The position numbers and the translations under genes were made by a program. The notes under the pieces are model-generated. The model saw only the letters and a list, made by a program, of their open reading frames with translations. It did no database searches and was not told the DNA's origin. Positions 22,270 through 35,457 of a stretch of 64,000 bases of DNA are shown here, piece after piece (the stretch's first letter is position 1; every line of letters begins with the position of its first letter). This DNA is from Takakia lepidozioides (lineage: Eukaryota; Plantae; Bryophyta), in assembly GCA_030704615.1 (NCBI GenBank), contig JAKLZA010000356.1, positions 1-64,000 on the forward strand. The letters run 5' to 3'.

Positions 22270-24109
22270 TTGTTGCTCTTTGCTAGGAAGACTCCCTCCC
22301 AAGTGGAATGCAGGGTCACCAACACTGCTATCCACAACTATAGCAAGAGGGTTCTCTCCTTTGCGGAGCGACAACTCCTGGGCCTTGGTCTCAATTACAT
22401 TCCTCGTCCTCTTCCCCCTTCCCGATCTTCAATCATCACCGAATTCAACAATTTTTGCTCGAAGCTTGAGGTTGCGAACGTCCTTCTCCGGCAAAGACAA
22501 CGACGAGGTTCCTCTTTGGCGCGTTCCGAATCCATCATTCAATCCGCCAGTGGAATCTCAACCGCTCGAGGCCATCATTCGAGAAGGTAATGATCTTTTG
22601 TCTAGCCGTTTGGATCGAATCGCCCGCAATGCACGACCTTGTCTGCCGAGACACTTGAGACTTGCTCTCAAAAGATTGAGGTCGGATCCGGACCTTGTCA
22701 TCAAGCCGGCCGACAAAAATCTTGGTCTTGTGCTTATGGACAAGTCTTGGTACATGCAAGAGGCGATGCGGCAACTCTCAGACACCGAAGTTTATCGTCC
22801 CGTGGATTCCGTACCGTGGGAAGAACTTTGGTCGAGGTTGGAGGTGCTGGCTTGCCATCCAATCTACAGGTTTGCGATCTCCACCAAAGAATGGAATTAC
22901 ATCCGCCAACGCCCTCGGTCGTCCACGGACTTTCGAGCTTGTGCTTTGTACTTCATTCCGAAGGTGCACAAACCCGTGCTTGTTGGAAGACCCATTTGTT
23001 CCTACAAGAACTACATCTTCGAGCATGCTTCAATTTGGCTCCATCACCAACTCCTTCCGGTACTTCTCAAGGAACCCACTCATTTGGTTGATTCTCTCAC
23101 GCTTCTTCGAGAGGTTTCCCAACTCGAGGTCCCCTCGCATGCTCTTCTTTTTACGTTTGACGTGGAATCTCTATATCCCAGCATCATCACCGAGCTCGGC
23201 TTGTATGAGCTCGAATGTGCTATTGGAGGTAATTTCACCAAACACAAAAAAGACCTGATCATGACCCTCGCTGGATTAGTCTTGAAACACCATTACCTTG
23301 AGTTCAATGGTAGTTTTTGGCACCAAATTCGCGGGACGGCCATGGGGAGCAACTTTGCAGTTGTTTACGCTTGTTTGTTCCTCTGTCGGTTGGAGATGTA
23401 CATGGAGTACGTGTGCCCATCGGAGCAAGAGCTGCTTTATCTTAAGCGCTATATCGACGACGGCTTTGGCATCTGGGTAGGCTCCGAAAAGAGCCTCCGG
23501 TCGTGGTTACGGAACTACGGTTCCATGTTCGATGGCATCAAAATCACGACCGCCATAAGCGCGACGTCCGCCGACATCTTGGATATCACCTTCCTCAAAG
23601 GAGACGACTTCATCCAAACTCGACGGCTCTCTACGAGATGTCATCAAAAGGCCCAGAACAAGTATCAATACTTGCCTTGGTCCTCGTGGCATCCACATCA
23701 CCAAAAGAAAGCTTTCGTCATCGGCGAGCTCCAACGGTACGTAATACGAGAAAGCACCATCCAAGGGTTCAACCATTTGCGACTTTTGTTTTACAAACGT
23801 CTTCGAGCCCGAGGTTATCCGGCGGCGTTCATCCGGAGTTGCTTCACCAAGATCTCCTACGACCTCAGATCCGCTCTACTCGACCAACAGACGCAACGCG
23901 CAGTTGAGGGTAAACGGGCCCCCCTTGTTCTTAAGCTCGACTACTCTTCGTACACTCGAGCCTTGAACTTGGGGGCCACCCTAAACCCTAGACTCCACGA
24001 GTTGCTTCAGCAAGTCCCGGAGCTTCGGTTTCTTCCTCGAGCGATGATTTGTTGGAGGAATCCGCGAAAGCTGAGTTCATTCCTAGTTAAATCTAGAATG
24101 ATAGGATGA
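22270..24109 (+). pseudogene. PLE RT with one extra T near 22455 (possible assembly error)
   Basis: Otherwise near-identical to 18731-20569. Confidence 0.85.
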
Positions 24110-24360
24110 TTTTGTAGTGCAAATGTCCCTAGCATTATTAATTTTGCCTCTTTGATAGCCCTAGTGTTGATGTTAAAGTCAAAGGGTTCCAACAATTTAA
24201 TTTGGACCATTGACTAATTAATGCAGTCTTGACTTGGAGGCTAAATTAGTGCTTTAGTGGCATTATTATTGCCTTGGGAATTATCCCATATCGTTTGCAC
24301 ATAGTGAGGGTGCTTTTCTAGTATATAAGGATAGGCTTGGCTCTTAGGACTTCATCTCTT

Positions 24361-24416
24361 GGTGTTCCACTGATGAGCTTGAGCAATCAAGCGAAACTTG
24401 TTTGGAATAAAACACC
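24361..24416 (+). ncRNA. Hammerhead ribozyme (PLE-3)
   Basis: Same motif. Confidence 0.85.
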
Positions 24417-25232
24417 TTAACTCTTTTTGTGTCTCCACATTTAGAGAAGTCGAGAGTCTAGTCCTTGCCCGCCCGGGCAACTTGGATCGAAGGGGTGCTC
24501 GGCTCCGAGGGGAATCCCAACCCTTGGATACTTCCGAGGCCTTTTTTCTTTCCAAAGCACGGGCGTATAGAGCCTTCCGTTTGACGCCATCTTAGCCATC
24601 GCTTACAATGGGGAAGGCGGCTGGGGGTATATGGTAATCGTGTCGGGCAAGCTAATTTAGCCCCGACTACACGGTTCCCCCTGTCGTACGCCCGATGGTC
24701 GGAGAGAAGGGATTTGGTTGATCCTCCCTCGAGTTCATCTCGAGCGATCAGAGGACTATGGGCATGCGCAAGCCTCTGCCGACCTAACCTTCTCGTCGAT
24801 GACCTTATGCGGTAATCCCTCCCATTCTTCCTTAGAGGTACGAACCTCTTTTTGAAGGTGGGGCATATAAGTTTTCCAACTAGGGGTTGAGACTTGACCC
24901 TATGTTTGTGAGTGCCTTGAGCGCATGCTTGCCCATAGTGAGCAAGATTTTTGTCGCTAAACAAGGAGAAGCAAACATAAAAAAGCTTACGGTTGGAACG
25001 AAAGTGCCTCATTCTTCAATTAGAGAACCTTATCTCGTGAGGGCGGGAGTCCTTGCATAAGACATAATAGTCTTATTGCATCCCTTTAGGCACGATAGGC
25101 GCACTTTGTATGCATTTGTCTTGGTTTCCATTGCATTTGTATTTGGGTCCGAACCGGCCCCCCTTAATTTTTACTGTGTCTTTTTCCAGTATTTTTTTAC
25201 TTTTTGTTACCTTTGCAAGCCTTTGCTAACAA

Positions 25233-25371
25233 CCCTAAACCCTAAACCCTAAACTTGTTTGCCCGGATCGTGTTTATCTTGCACCCGGTGCATCCGCGTT
25301 GTACTGCTACACTTGTTTTGACGCTTTATGTAAACCCTAAACCCTAAACCTTAAACCCCTAAACCCTAAAC
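25233..25371 (+). repeat. Two (CCCTAAA)n tracts with the same spacer
   Basis: Duplicate of 21692-21837. Confidence 0.9.
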
Positions 25372-25373
25372 TT

Positions 25374-27578
25374 GTGGAACCGTCCATTGCTACCCTCGTG
25401 AAACGCGAGGTGGTCAAGGAAGTACTCAAGGAGGTGAAGAAGGTGGTGAATTCCATCCAGGTGAAACCTAAGGCCCAGAAGCTTGGGACCAAACCGGCTA
25501 GTAAGCCTAAGGCGAATCCTGGCGGAAAGTCGGGAAACGGCAAGCAGCAGAAAGGTATCCGGGTCTCCACCCGTTCTGCTGCGTCACCTACCTCTTTCAA
25601 CAAGAGGTCAGGCCCGAACCGCACAACCGGTTCTGGTACGGGAGGCCGAAAACCTTCAGCGAGGGTCAACGGAAAACCGGCCACGACGAAGGGTGTGACG
25701 ACGACGACGACGAAGACGAAGCGGCCATACGTACCTCCTCACAGACGCGGGGGCGCACGAGGAGTCTCTTCTGGTACCCGCTCGTAGACCCGAAGGCTTA
25801 CGCTTTGTTGCTCTTTGCTAGGAAGACTCCCTCCCAAGTGGAATGCAGGGTCACCAACACTGCTATCCACAACTATAGCAAGAGGGTTCTCTCCTTTGCG
25901 GAGCGACAACTCCTGGGCCTTGGTCTCAATTACATTCCTCGTCCTCTTCCCCCTTCCCGATCTTCAATCATCACCGAATTCAACAATTTTGCTCGAAGCT
26001 TGAGGTTGCGAACGTCCTTCTCCGGCAAAGACAACGACGAGGTTCCTCTTTGGCGCGTTCCGAATCCATCATTCAATCCGCCAGTGGAATCTCAACCGCT
26101 CGAGGCCATCATTCGAGAAGGTAATGATCTTTTGTCTAGCCGTTTGGATCGAATCGCCCGCAATGCACGACCTTGTCTGCCGAGACACTTGAGACTTGCT
26201 CTCAAAAGATTGAGGTCGGATCCGGACCTTGTCATCAAGCCGGCCGACAAAAATCTTGGTCTTGTGCTTATGGACAAGTCTTGGTACATGCAAGAGGCGA
26301 TGCGGCAACTCTCAGACACCGAAGTTTATCGTCCCGTGGATTCCGTACCGTGGGAAGAACTTTGGTCGAGGTTGGAGGTGCTGGCTTGCCATCCAATCTA
26401 CAGGTTTGCGATCTCCACCAAAGAATGGAATTACATCCGCCAACGCCCTCGGTCGTCCACGGACTTTCGAGCTTGTGCTTTGTACTTCATTCCGAAGGTG
26501 CACAAACCCGTGCTTGTTGGAAGACCCATTTGTTCCTACAAGAACTACATCTTCGAGCATGCTTCAATTTGGCTCCATCACCAACTCCTTCCGGTACTTC
26601 TCAAGGAACCCACTCATTTGGTTGATTCTCTCACGCTTCTTCGAGAGGTTTCCCAACTCGAGGTCCCCTCGCATGCTCTTCTTTTACGTTTGACGTGGAA
26701 TCTCTATATCCCAGCATCATCACCGAGCTCGGCTTGTATGAGCTCGAATGTGCTATTGGAGGTAATTTCACCAAACACAAAAAAGACCTGATCATGACCC
26801 TCGCTGGATTAGTCTTGAAACACCATTACCTTGAGTTCAATGGTAGTTTTTGGCACCAAATTCGCGGGACGGCCATGGGGAGCAACTTTGCAGTTGTTTA
26901 CGCTTGTTTGTTCCTCTGTCGGTTGGAGATGTACATGGAGTACGTGTGCCCATCGGAGCAAGAGCTGCTTTATCTTAAGCGCTATATCGACGACGGCTTT
27001 GGCATCTGGGTAGGCTCCGAAAAGAGCCTCCGGTCGTGGTTACGGAACTACGGTTCCATGTTCGATGGCATCAAAATCACGACCGCCATAAGCGCGACGT
27101 CCGCCGACATCTTGGATATCACCTTCCTCAAAGGAGACGACTTCATCCAAACTCGACGGCTCTCTACGAGATGTCATCAAAAGGCCCAGAACAAGTATCA
27201 ATACTTGCCTTGGTCCTCGTGGCATCCACATCACCAAAAGAAAGCTTTCGTCATCGGCGAGCTCCAACGGTACGTAATACGAGAAAGCACCATCCAAGGG
27301 TTCAACCATTTGCGACTTTTGTTTTACAAACGTCTTCGAGCCCGAGGTTATCCGGCGGCGTTCATCCGGAGTTGCTTCACCAAGATCTCCTACGACCTCA
27401 GATCCGCTCTACTCGACCAACAGACGCAACGCGCAGTTGAGGGTAAACGGGCCCCCCTTGTTCTTAAGCTCGACTACTCTTCGTACACTCGAGCCTTGAA
27501 CTTGGGGGCCACCCTAAACCCTAGACTCCACGAGTTGCTTCAGCAAGTCCCGGAGCTTCGGTTTCTTCCTCGAGCGAT
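25374..27578 (+). mobile_element. Penelope-like element copy 4, truncated at both ends (RT 25805-27578, one frameshift)
   Basis: Same 5' truncation as copy 3; fused at FLPRA to Gypsy gag. Confidence 0.9.
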
Positions 27579-27596
27579 CACCTTGAGGGGCCGCCT

Positions 27597-29840
27597 ATGG
27601 ATGATTACCATGAGTTCAGGCGGGGGAATGAGGTTGAGATCGAGGAGTGGAGGATGTACTGGTCACCCGACTATGTCTCCATCACTAGGGGCACTAGAGC
27701 CATGAGGGCAGTGGCTACACCTGCCGCTGCACCGGCAGCTTCAGCAAGCAGCAGTGGGACTGGTGGTACAGTAGCTGCGACGTCCACCCAAGCCACTACC
27801 GCACCAGCACTAGCACCCGTGCCTGCCTTCAACCCTGTTGTGGAGTTCTTCGAAGAGTTGAGAGGGAACTACCAAGGGGTGAGGACAGAGAAGTTGCGGA
27901 GCTTGCAAGAGTTCCAACGGAAGCCGACCGAGAGCTTGAGGGAGGCTTTCACTCGCATGAGGCGCTTGATAAATGTAACCCAAGGGGTTACGGAAGCTCA
28001 GGCAGTCCAATTCTGGTATGGGATATTGGACAAGGAGCTGAGGAGAAGGGTGCGGGATGCAACTCTCCTACAAGCGGCCCAACCCACCTTAGCAAATGTG
28101 TTTTTGCTGGCAGAGCGGATAGAGCTCAACATGGTGGAGGAACGAGTGGTCATGGTGGGATTTGCTAAGGAGACACCACGGGGTAGTGGTGCTCCTAGCC
28201 AACCACTACCTCAACGTGCTCAAGGCAACAAGGGGGCTCAGGTGAAGCTCAGGGAAGGGCAGAGAGGACCTCAGATGCAGGGGTCTCTCCCTTCATTTGC
28301 TGGCCAACAACGGGCGGATGTGGTGTGCTGGACATGTGGAGGACCCCATGTCAAGAAGGATTGTCCAGAGGGAGGCAAAGGGCCGGCACATGCACAGCCT
28401 GCACAGTTACAGTGTGGGCATTGTGGCAAACACGGGCATGGAGAGGCTCAGTGTTATGGTTTGCATCCTGAGTTGCGCCCAGGCCAGTTCCAAGGGAACA
28501 ATGGTGGCCGGGGGCGAGGTGGAGCAGCCCAGAGGGGACGAGGTGGCCAGCCACGAGGCCAAGGGCAAGCTCAACGTGGCCAAGGACGCGGAGGTCAGGG
28601 TGTTGACCAAGGCATGGCCAACCGGCTTCAGCAGCTAGAGCAGAGGCTCGCTGCCATGGCTACAGCTCAGGTGGTACCGGCTCTAAGGCCGGATGGTCCA
28701 CCTCCTGCTCCTGAGGGAGGAGATATGGGAGGCATGGGATTCATGTGTGGAGCAGCACTACCACTAGTGCAGGTGGAGTCTGCTGCAGCCGTGACTCGAG
28801 GAGCAACACGAGTTCCTGAGCCACGAGGTGCAGAGGTGGAGTTGGATCCACAGCGTGGGGAGGCAAGCCGTCAGGCTAGGCTTCCTCAGTCATTCACATT
28901 GGCGGAGACAGTGTCGACGCCATCCATGGCACCTAGTTCTCGCCCGACTGTTACCGAGGCGGAGGTTACTATGCCATTGGGGTGAGCTACACGGGTAGCA
29001 CCACTACCTAGTGTTGCCAAGGCTACGGCAGCTAGTGTGCTGCTAGGAGCGGCCACATCTGTGTGCCAGGCTCCATTGTTCTCGGCTACCATGATTGTGA
29101 CGCCGGGGGTAAGACCAGCTGAGGTGTTCAGGCTGGCAGCTACACTCTGTGAGAGTGGGGAGGTTACTTCATCTTCTGCGGAGATAGTAGGAGGTGTAGT
29201 GCCGGAGGGATCCTCGGATTTGAGGGTTAAGACTGCCACGGCGGCGCCATGGCAAGCTGCAGCTGCCAGGTTGATGGAGCTGCCAGCTAGGCCAGCCATT
29301 GAGCACGCCATGGTGACACCTGGAGTTGTCATGTTAGACAACCAGGATGGCATTTTCTGTTTGAGTGGACCGGCAGGCAAGAGGTACCGGCCACTGCGGG
29401 TCTTGTTGGACTCGGGAGCTCAGCCATTGATGCTGGGCAGAGCTGCTATTGCAGGCTTGGGCCTCACGGAGGCGGATATGGAGCCTTGTCCTTTCCAGAT
29501 ACAGACGTCTTTGGGAGGATCGGAGCAGGCTCGGGGCATGACACGGCGTGAGTTGGCTATCAGACTACGGCCGGATCACCCTATAGATGGCTCAGTGATG
29601 CGAGCCAAGGCCATTGTGACAGACGCAGTCTCATACGATGTCCTGGTTGGTGGGGCAGTGTTGTACCCTATGGGCTTCACCCTGGATTTTTGGGAGGAAT
29701 CAGCTTCCTATAGGCCTGCATGGCAGTCAGGGGAGGGCCGGCGTGTGCAGCTCCCTGTGACGTTCATAGGAGGAGTTGCGGTTGCCCAGCGAGGCAAGAT
29801 GCCGACACTAGCAGCATTCACAGGCAGTGAGTTGGCCTAG
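27597..29840 (+). pseudogene. gag: Gag and protease, copy 2 (nonsense change at 28983)
   Basis: Zinc knuckles, LLDSGA. Confidence 0.85.
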
Positions 29841-31360
29841 AGAGTTGCTTGAGGGCAATGCTCATTCAGAGGATGTACCACCTCCGGGAGAGCAGGATGA
29901 TATGTATGGTATGGCGGAATTGCCTACCATGGTTGCTCAGACTCCATTGTGGGGCACGAGCCAGGATTTGCAGCGGGATGCTGATCGACGGGTGCAACAA
30001 GCCTGGGTGGAGGCTTTTGTACCGTCAAGAGAGGAGGAGAGTGTGGGGATTGCACCAGGACCACCTCAATTGTCTCCATTGGACACCACACCTATTGTGT
30101 GGCAGTATCCGGATGAAGGCATTTGTCTTCTGGACTTGTTTGGCGGGATCAGCATCGGATTGGCTGTTGTGTTACAAGCAGGTGTACGAGTTCGGCATTA
30201 CCTGTATGTGGAGAGGGATGAGACTGCACGACGCATTTCACTTCGCCATGTTGCTCAGTTGGTGCAGCGGTACCCTGAGTTGTTGTCGGTGTCTGCAATT
30301 CGTGGATATCAGCAGGCCTTGCCAGCAGACATTTCGTTGCTGGGGGCGCAGGATTTGGAGCGGGTTGGCTCCATTGATCTGGTAGTGGCAGGTTGGCCCT
30401 GCCAAGGGCATTCATCAGCCGGGCATGGCAATGGATTGCGAGACTCAGGTCGGGTCTGTTTTGGGAGATGGTGCGGGTTTTGCGCCACTTGCAGCTTCAT
30501 CAAGCTGTATCTCCAGCATACATCTTGGAGAATGTGCCACTGATGGGCGATTCTCGGGCCAGGGTGATGGCCAGTGTGCATCAAGTCCGGTCGTGGCTTG
30601 GGTCAGCAGTGTTGCTAGATGCAGCTACAGTGGGGTCACGAGCTCATCGTCCACGGCTATGGTGGACTAACTTGATGCCACCCGCACTGCTCAAGCGTGC
30701 ATTTGATGGGGTGCAGCGGCCAGCACATCTCACAGTGGATAACATTCTGGACACAGGGAGGCAGTCTCAGCGTGTGAGACACGATGACTGTTCGCCTTTG
30801 GCAGTGGTCAACAAGGTGGGTCAACCACGGGCAGCATTACCTACACTGCTCAGCTTCCCAGGATCGCATGCTTTCCGGGATAGTGGACCTGGCCTCCTGT
30901 GGGATGCTCAGTTGCAGCAGGTAGTGGAGCTGACGAGCGTGAGCGGGCAATGGGTTTTACCACTGGTACCACGGCGGTGTCGTCTCTTTCTGAGGCATCA
31001 CGTCGTCAAGTGTTGGGGCAAGCAATGGATCTCAATTGCTTGACCTGGATTATCAGCTTGGCTCTAGCTGAGCAACGCAGAGTGCGGAGTACACTTCCCT
31101 CAATGGTCTCTCTGCCTACCGAGACGGTTCAAGCAGTGAGTGGGGGCGAGCATGTGAGGACCACGGGGTGCATGCATCCATGGCACACGTGGGAGGTGCT
31201 CGAGGGTCAGAGGGAGTTGGCAGCCAAGGCGGCTGTGATAGATGAGGTTGGGGATTCTTCTCGGGTTGAGGAGGTCCTCAATGATGAGATGATGGGGCAG
31301 GATGAGGTCTTGTCATTGACTGAGCAGGCAGGGAGTACTGCTCAAGAGGTTGCAGCATAG
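29827..31360 (+). pseudogene. C5 DNA methyltransferase domain and linker, copy 2
   Basis: LDLFGG, GWPCQ, ENV, RPRLWWTN, ERERAMGF, RQVLGQAM. Confidence 0.9.
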
Positions 31361-32886
31361 CAACCACGGGACGCGTTCTCTACCTCTAAGCCCACTGGAC
31401 TTAAGGTTGTAGTTACGGAGGACAATTGGGAGCCTGACATTGGACCCATTGTCACGGAGGAGAGAGACGACGTATACGGCGGTTCCTGAGGGCTTACAGG
31501 AATTGCTTTGCCTTCAGTTTGAAGGACTTGGGAGCACTGAAGGGTCAAGAGATCCGTATTGAGTTGGCCACTGACACGCCAATCTTTCGGAGACCCTATA
31601 GATACAGTGACATGGAGAGGTCTTTGATTCAGATGAGGACTCAAGATCTCTGGGAGGCAGGTTTGGTGGAGCTCTCTGGTGGAGAGTATGCTTCAGCCAC
31701 AGTGATGCCAGCCAAGAAGGATGTCTATGGCAATTGGACGGAGAGACGTATGTGCGGTGATTACCGGCCTGTAAATCGTCAGACCAAGTCCGATAAGTAT
31801 GCCATGCCAACACCAGAGGAGATCTTTGATGCCATCGGGCATGCTAAGGCCTTTAGCACTTTGGATTTACGATCCGGATATCACCAGTTGCCAATCAAGG
31901 AGGCGGACAAGCAGAAGACGGCATTCTGGGGGATCAATGAGCACGGCAAGGATTGCCTATACCAGTGGCGGTTCTTACCATTTGGGCTTAAGAATGCTCC
32001 TGCAGAGTTTCAGAGAGTCATGGATAGGATTCTAGCAGGGGTGGACTTTGCTCGGTGCTACATAGATGACATCATCATCTTTAGTGTTACGATGGAGGAG
32101 CATGAGAGACACCTTCAGGTGGTATTGGAGCGCTTGAGAGCGCACGGATTGAAGTTGCATCCGGGGAAGTGCAAGTTTTTCCACAACCAGATTGAGTATC
32201 TGGGTCACATGATATATCCTGGAGGATTGGGGGTACAGCAACTAAGGTAGAGGCCATTGCACAAATTCCACGCCCCACGGATGTGAGCCGAGTTCGAGCT
32301 TTCATGGGGTTGGCAAACTATTATAGACGGTTTGTCAAGGGATTTAGTACCATTGCAAAGGCTCTAACCAAGCTGACCAAGGTGGACCAGGAGTGGCAGT
32401 GGGAAGATGAGCAGGAACGAGCTTTTCAAGAGCTCAAGGCGAGGTTGACCTCGGCGCCTATCTTGAGACGACCTATCAGGGGGCGTCCTTTTCAGCTGCA
32501 TACGGATTGGAGCATGCTGGGGCTTGGAGCGGTGCTCACACAGGTGGATGATGAGGGAAGAGAGTTCGTAGTGGCTTACGCTAGCCGCTCGAACAACGCT
32601 GCAGAGGCTAAGTACAGCTCATATGAGGGAGAGTGCTTAGCTGTAGTGGGGCCGTGGCACACTTCAGGTGCTATCTATACGGCAATCTTTTCACCCTTGT
32701 CACGGATCACCAGCCACTCAAGTGGTTGATGGAGTCAGACAAGCTTACGGGGAAGCTTGCACGGTGGGCACTTATACTCCAGGAGTATGACTTTCAGGTT
32801 GTGCATCGACCGGGTTTGGTCAATCGGGATGCGGATGGATTGAGTCGCAATCCATGCATGAGCCAGCAGGATGACACTGGAGCTCG
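31361..32886 (+). pseudogene. pol: RT and RNase H, copy 2 (1-bp indels)
   Basis: YIDD, LHTDWS, TDHQPL. Confidence 0.9.
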
Positions 32887-34491
32887 GTGGCATGGGAGAC
32901 GGACGAGGAGATGGTGCCGGGATGGCACGCATCTGCATTTTTGTGTATCTTGGCATCGGGAGGTCAGATTGGACCTACAATAGGGATGACTGTAGACGGA
33001 GTGTCTGAGGACCCTGAGGCTAGTGATGAGCTAGGTGGTGCCAGAGATATACATGAGGATTCGGCTGTGTTGGACTACCTCCGCACGGGAGACACGGCAG
33101 CCATTGTGACTGCCAGGGAGAGGGATCGGATCCTGCAACGAGCCAAGAGGTTCAAGTGGGAGGGGATACACCTACTTCGAGTGTGGGAGAATGGTCGGGT
33201 GAGGATTGTGCCTCACCCCACACAGCGTGCACGGTTAGTGCGGCATGCCCATGAGGAGTTGGGGCATTTTGGAGTGCGACGCACTCACAGTTTACTGCAG
33301 GGGCAGTATTGGTGGCGTGGTATGCATACAGAGGTGCGACAGTTCGTGGCTAGGTGCATGGTGTGTGACAGGGTGCGTGCTTCATTCAACGCCCCTACAC
33401 CACAGTTGCATCCTTTACCAATCATGGGATTGGGCTACAGGTGGAGTCTTGACTTCGCAGGACCGTTGCCACTGACTATGCGCCACCACAGATATGTGTT
33501 GGTGATGGTGGAGCACTTCTCCAAGTGGATTGAGTTGGTTCCATTGCCTGACAAGGCTAGTGAGGGGGCTGCGTATGCATTCTTGGATCGTGTGCTTAGC
33601 CGATTTGGTGCTCCAGCTGAGGTACTCACGGACCAAGGGAGAGAGTTTTTGGGGGAGTTTCAGGCTTTGTGTGATAAAGCCTTGATAGACCACCGCACCA
33701 CTTCTCGGGATCATCCTGAGGCCGATGGCTTAGCAGAGAGAGTTGTTCAGACGGTGAAGAGGGGTTTGCGCAAGTATGGCTTGCAGAAAGGACACCTAGG
33801 AGATTGGGATCTTCAGGTTCCTTGGTTAGCCATGGGCTACAGGTTCAGCAAACAAGCATCACTTGCCTCCTTCTCACCATATTTCCTTCTCTTTGGCCGA
33901 GAGCCGGATTTGCCTGCAGCCATTCGTAGGGACACTGCTCAAGTCCTTAACCTTGACGATCCGGACGTGTGGGTACGTGCATGTGATCAGCGTGCAGAGT
34001 TGTTCAAGAAAGTCATGCCCATGGCTTTTGAGAACCTTGCCATTGCACAGCACCGTGATACGTTGAGGTATGCCACTATACGTGGTGGAGGATATCGTCC
34101 TGGGGTTCGGAGGTTTAGCCCTGGTGACTATGTTTATTTGCAGCAGACTGCTCCTACGACTCTGGATGTTACTGCAGGGCGTGTTATTCTGAGGGTTCGA
34201 GAGGTGTTGCCCTCAGGGGTCCTGATCTTGGAGGGTCGGGATGGCATGACTTGGAAGGACCATGTGCGTAATTGTGCGCCATGTCACCTTCCCAATGTCG
34301 ATGGCAGAGTTGACCCAAACTTGGCAGTGGTACCTGCAGGTTTGAGGTGCATGCTTTGTGGGTCTGCCAAAGGGGCAGCCACCATGCTGGTGTGTGATCG
34401 ATGCTCAAGGGGTTGGCATATGGGATGCTTGACACCACCTCTTGAGAAGGTTCCTGACGGAGATTGGTTGTGTCCACACTGCTTGGGATAG
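32887..34491 (+). CDS. pol: Integrase plus PHD finger, uninterrupted segment of Pol
   Basis: 534-codon ORF with HHCC, DDE and C4HC3 PHD. Confidence 0.9.
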   Translation: MAWETDEEMVPGWHASAFLCILASGGQIGPTIGMTVDGVSEDPEASDELGGARDIHEDSAVLDYLRTGDTAAIVTARERDRILQRAKRFKWEGIHLLRVWENGRVRIVPHPTQRARLVRHAHEELGHFGVRRTHSLLQGQYWWRGMHTEVRQFVARCMVCDRVRASFNAPTPQLHPLPIMGLGYRWSLDFAGPLPLTMRHHRYVLVMVEHFSKWIELVPLPDKASEGAAYAFLDRVLSRFGAPAEVLTDQGREFLGEFQALCDKALIDHRTTSRDHPEADGLAERVVQTVKRGLRKYGLQKGHLGDWDLQVPWLAMGYRFSKQASLASFSPYFLLFGREPDLPAAIRRDTAQVLNLDDPDVWVRACDQRAELFKKVMPMAFENLAIAQHRDTLRYATIRGGGYRPGVRRFSPGDYVYLQQTAPTTLDVTAGRVILRVREVLPSGVLILEGRDGMTWKDHVRNCAPCHLPNVDGRVDPNLAVVPAGLRCMLCGSAKGAATMLVCDRCSRGWHMGCLTPPLEKVPDGDWLCPHCLG

Positions 34492-34751
34492 TGGCAGTGG
34501 ACATGACTGGAGGCAGCTAACAAGACATGGGAGGCCAAGCTCATAGGAGTCAATACATGAGATCCCAAGCTCAAGTTCACAGGTTGCAAGACGGCGACTA
34601 ATGATGGGGCAACTCTTGCACCCGGCCTCTTGATCTATCGAGTTTGAGTGTAGTAGGGATAGTGGTGGAGGACTTAGTGAGGCTATGGTCACTATCACAT
34701 CTTGTGGCTACCTGGACTTAGAGGGACCTAAGCACCAGCTAGGGGGGCGAT

Positions 34752-35457
34752 TGTGTGGACTAGTGACTGCCATAGTGGGCAGCATAGTGGCAGCCTAGTG
34801 ACTGACTAGTTGTAGCCTAGTGGTTGGACTAGTGGCTGGACTAGTGGTGGACTAGTAGTATACTAGTGTGTGGTGTGCACATGTGTTGTGTGGTTTTGGA
34901 CAGCGATGTAGTTGTGTAGCGATATGTATGCGCACGACAGCTGTCAAGTTATTTTACCACTAGTGTGAAACTAGCTAGGAAATAGCTAGCTTTTACATAT
35001 TGACATTTGGGATTGGCCCAAGTGTCAATCCAGGGGTCAAGGCAGATTTAGGCCCTGGAGTGGTTATCTTCACGGCAAGCGCATGAGGCTCATCTTTCTC
35101 GAGTTGAGCCTCACCGCGCCTAGCTATGGCGCCGTAGTGTGGATTCCCCATGGCGTGGGGTGCACTTGGCTTGACTTGTATTTGAGTGATGAGGTTATAT
35201 ATGCATGAGTTTATGCTTCAGCTTTGTGAGCTCGCATGAGCTTGTGCTTGTATCCTTCTTCTTTATCATTGTGTGGACTAGTGACTGCCATAGTGGGCAG
35301 CATAATGGCAGCCTAGTGACTGACTAGTTGTAGCCTAGTGGTTGGACTAGTGGCTGGACTAGTGGTGGACTAGTAGTATACTAGTGTGTGGTGTGCACAT
35401 GTGTTGTGTCGTTTTGGACAGCGATGTAGTTGTGTAGCGATATGTATGCGCACGACA
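34752..35457 (+). repeat. Split direct repeats B1 (34752-34939), GC, A2 (34942-35268), T, B2 (35270-35457)
   Basis: Direct comparison with 3392-3718 and 14971-15158. Confidence 0.92.

Larger units (their letters stand above)
21840..25254 (+). mobile_element. Penelope-like element copy 3, 5'-truncated within ORF1
   Basis: Begins at VEPSIATL of ORF1; complete 3' UTR and telomeric tail. Confidence 0.9.
27579..35457 (+). mobile_element. MTase-PHD Gypsy copy 2, 5'-truncated, with B1-GC-A2-T-B2 3' end
   Basis: Colinear with 7798-15158 plus an extra 518 bp; followed by the same CCTTT host junction. Confidence 0.9.
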
